A stretch of DNA of 64,000 bases from Euglena gracilis (taxonomy: Eukaryota), in assembly GCA_039621445.1 (NCBI GenBank), contig CP154954.1, positions 21,464,954 to 21,528,953 on the forward strand, written 5' to 3'. How positions within the stretch are numbered: position 1 is the stretch's first letter; every line of letters starts with the position of its first letter. The notes below the pieces were generated by a model, which worked only from the letters and a program-made list of their open reading frames with translations, did no database searches and had not been told where the DNA came from. This document shows, one piece after another, positions 61,278 through 64,000 of this stretch. The position numbers and the translations under genes were made by a program.

Positions 61278-64000
61278 GCTTGTATCTAACGAACCAGGTT
61301 ACAAAGTTGTCCCCATGTCGGATGTCGGATGTCGGACTGGAAATCCCCATGACATGTCCGCAAAAGAGACGCAAACTTGATTCCAGAGTCGGCAATTTGA
61401 ACACCTTGGAATTCCAAGAATCCCTTACTTCGCCCAGGCTGAAGGTGCGATTTCAAGCCATTCCCTCTTGATCCCTCTTGCGTCAACAAACATCAAACCA
61501 GGCGAGGGTGGTCAAGCCTCATCCCTGGTTCCATGGTTGGGGCACTGCGCACCGACTCCGCAGACTCGCTGCACTCCATGATCGTTGAACTCGAAACAAA
61601 AAACACGAATCTTCTTCAATATCCACTGTCTAACATTTGCAACATCATTTGTTAGAAGAAGAAACATGAACAGCACGTTGGGACACCACGGGAAACAAGC
61701 GTTTCTTGTTCGGTTTCGCGGCCATCCTCATCCGGTGCTTCGTCCCGCGGAGGTGTTCACGAACGGCATTCGGGGCCGTTGACACCGCCAGCAACGCCAT
61801 TCGAATAAAACCATTGCACAACAAAAATTTCCTTCAGTCCACATTCCTTCTGGTGTTTGTACAAAAAAAATTTGGGAAACAAACAGGCGGATAATAAAGG
61901 TAAAAAAAAGGAAATATGCCACAGGACACGCAACAATGGGGGTTTTGCATCAAAAAGGGATACTTTTGAACCTCAAAAGAAAACTGGTCCACATATTTGG
62001 GCAAATATCAGATTGGCGTTGATACTCAATCCACATTCACATTTTGTAGTAGACATGGCTGAGAGAGAGAGAGAGGAAAACACAACAGCCCTTGTCAAAA
62101 AGGTAAAATGAAGGTCATCCGTCGCCGGACAGGGGTGCCTGCCCAACCCACCCCTGAAACCCTACCCCCCCCCCCCGGGGGGGTCGGCAGGGGTGCTATG
62201 GGGTGCCTGCCCCTAGCACCCACCCACCCCCCCCCCGTGGGGTAGGCACCCGACTAAGCACAAGCCTGGGAACGTCCCGAACGCCTCCCATCACCCTCCT
62301 GCCCACCCGCTGGGGCCGGTGGGAGGGTGCGGTTCTGTGACCCAATGCAGAACGGCAAAGCTGATTGGTGCCCCGGTGCACAAAACGCCTCCAGCGGAGG
62401 AGGTAATTTGCAACCCAGGCGGGAAAACCTGTTGGTTGACCACTGCTGAGCACATCCGCCAACAGTCAAATAATCCACTTGAACACTTGCCGGCAAAACT
62501 CAACCGATACCGCGGAAACCCCATCAACGGGGATCACGGGCAGCTGTGGCTTGCCCAGCACTTCAAAAACAGTGCCCTGGATCCGGTCAGTTGAGAAAGC
62601 TGTGATCATTTGGTTTGAGTCACACGTGAGTATCAAACCAGCATCATGCGACGACCAATCCAATTGCTCTAAATGCCTGGCCAACTGGTGCTCCCTTTTG
62701 GGCTAGAAAAAAAAAACTGTCCCCTTCCCATTTTTTCCCAAACTTTGGTGAGCTGGCGAGCTGGGGGGCCCAGGGGGTAGATTGGGGGGTGTCGGGTGGA
62801 AAGAGCGGCGCAGCAGATGCAGCCGTGGGGCAGACTGGACGAGCTCCTTTTGACATGGTACGGACAGCCACATATGAGCAACGGCTGCCCAACTGGGTAA
62901 TTGCCCAGGCACACCCATCCCTTATCTGAACTTCGCCCCGTGCCTTTTGGCAGGCTCCCAATGCTGATGGCCCAGTCAGACTCGACGGAACTGCATCACA
63001 GGAATCAGCAGTCTAAGGAGCAAAGGTTGGTCATCACGAAGCCCAGCAAACTGCCAGAGCTGGGCTTTCACACACCACTCAGGTTGACCGGGGCCCTTTC
63101 TCCCCAACTGGCGCGGCCACTCCAGACCTTCAGCCACCAGTCAACACCTTCCTCTTTCCCCAACACCCCGCCAACCCAACGCTTCAATGCCAATACCCGG
63201 GAATGCAGGAGGCAGGTGCGATTCCGTTGTCCATCCCGGAACGTCCCGAACGCCTCCCATCACCCTCCTGCCCACCCGCTGGGGCCGGTGGGAGGGTGCG
63301 GTTCTGTGACCCAATGCAGAACGGCAAAGCTGATTGGTGCCCCGGTGCACAAAGCACCTCCAGCGGAGGAGGTAATTTGCAACCCAGGGGGGAAAACTTG
63401 TTGGTTGTCCACTGCTGAGCACATCCTCCAAAGGGTCAAATTGTCCACTTGAACACTTGCCGGCAAAACTCAACCGATACCGCGGAAACCGGGCAGCTGT
63501 GGCTTGCCCAGCACTTCAAAAACAGTGCCCTGGATCCGGTCAGTTGAGAAAGCTGTGATCATTTGGTTTGAGTCACACGTGAGTATCAAACCAGCATCAT
63601 GCGACGACAATCCAATTGCTCTAAATGCCTGGCCAACTGGTGCTCCCTTTTGGGCTAGAAAAAAAAAACTGTCCCCTTCCCACCTTTTCGGCAAACTTTG
63701 GTGAGCTGGCGAGCTGGGGGGCCCAGGGGGTAGATTGGGGGGTGTCGGGTGGAAAGAGCGGCACAGCAGATGCAGCCGTGGGGCAGACTGGACGAGCTCC
63801 TTTGACATGATACGGACAGCCACATATGACCACCGGCTGCCCAACTGGGTAATTGCCCAGGCACACCCATCCCTTATCTGATCTTCGCCCCCTTTTGTGC
63901 CTTTTGGCAGGCTCCCAATGCTGATGGCCCAGTCAGACTCAACGGAACTGCATCACAGGAATCAGCAGTCTAAGGAGCATATATGGGTCATCACGAAGCC

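Larger units (their letters stand above)
60266..62268 (-). mobile_element. hAT DNA transposon (2003 bp, probably internally deleted) inserted in the array
   Basis: 14-bp TIR CA(T/G)GCTTGTGCTTA, perfect TSD GGAACGTC at 60258-60265 and 62269-62276. The empty site is visible in the other units. Confidence 0.95.
54741..64000 (-). repeat. Tandem array of ~973-bp units (7 plus a partial, running off the window); putative snoRNA cluster
   Basis: ACCCGGTCAG recurs at 56701 and 57674. Units are highly similar. Interrupted by the hAT element at 60266. Confidence 0.95.

Noticed and set aside
54741-64000. 5S rRNA/spliced-leader repeat or protein-coding tandem genes
   Set aside because: No recognisable 5S or SL sequence. 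ORFs differ by frameshifts between units.

Overview
Repeat-dense eukaryotic nuclear DNA, most likely euglenid. That assignment is inferred from a non-GT-AG stem-loop intron and tandemly repeated snoRNA-like genes. 1-9.7 kb holds two convergent Ty3/Gypsy elements: one intact integrase with a chromodomain, one decayed. 10-22.5 kb is a nest of DIRS1-type tyrosine-recombinase retrotransposons, with three elements inserted one inside another. They carry RT, RNase H, adenine methyltransferase and recombinase domains plus ITRs and ICRs. 22.5-54 kb is a mosaic of non-autonomous hAT-like (8-bp TSD) and P-like (7-8-bp TSD) TIR elements, scattered probable exons, and a ~33-copy 77-bp satellite enclosed in two nested elements. 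54-64 kb is a ~973-bp tandem array whose unit carries at least two box C/D snoRNA-like genes. A 2-kb hAT element interrupts the array, and its transposase remnant contains a euglenid-type nonconventional intron. Most short ORFs in the track are by-products of repeats.
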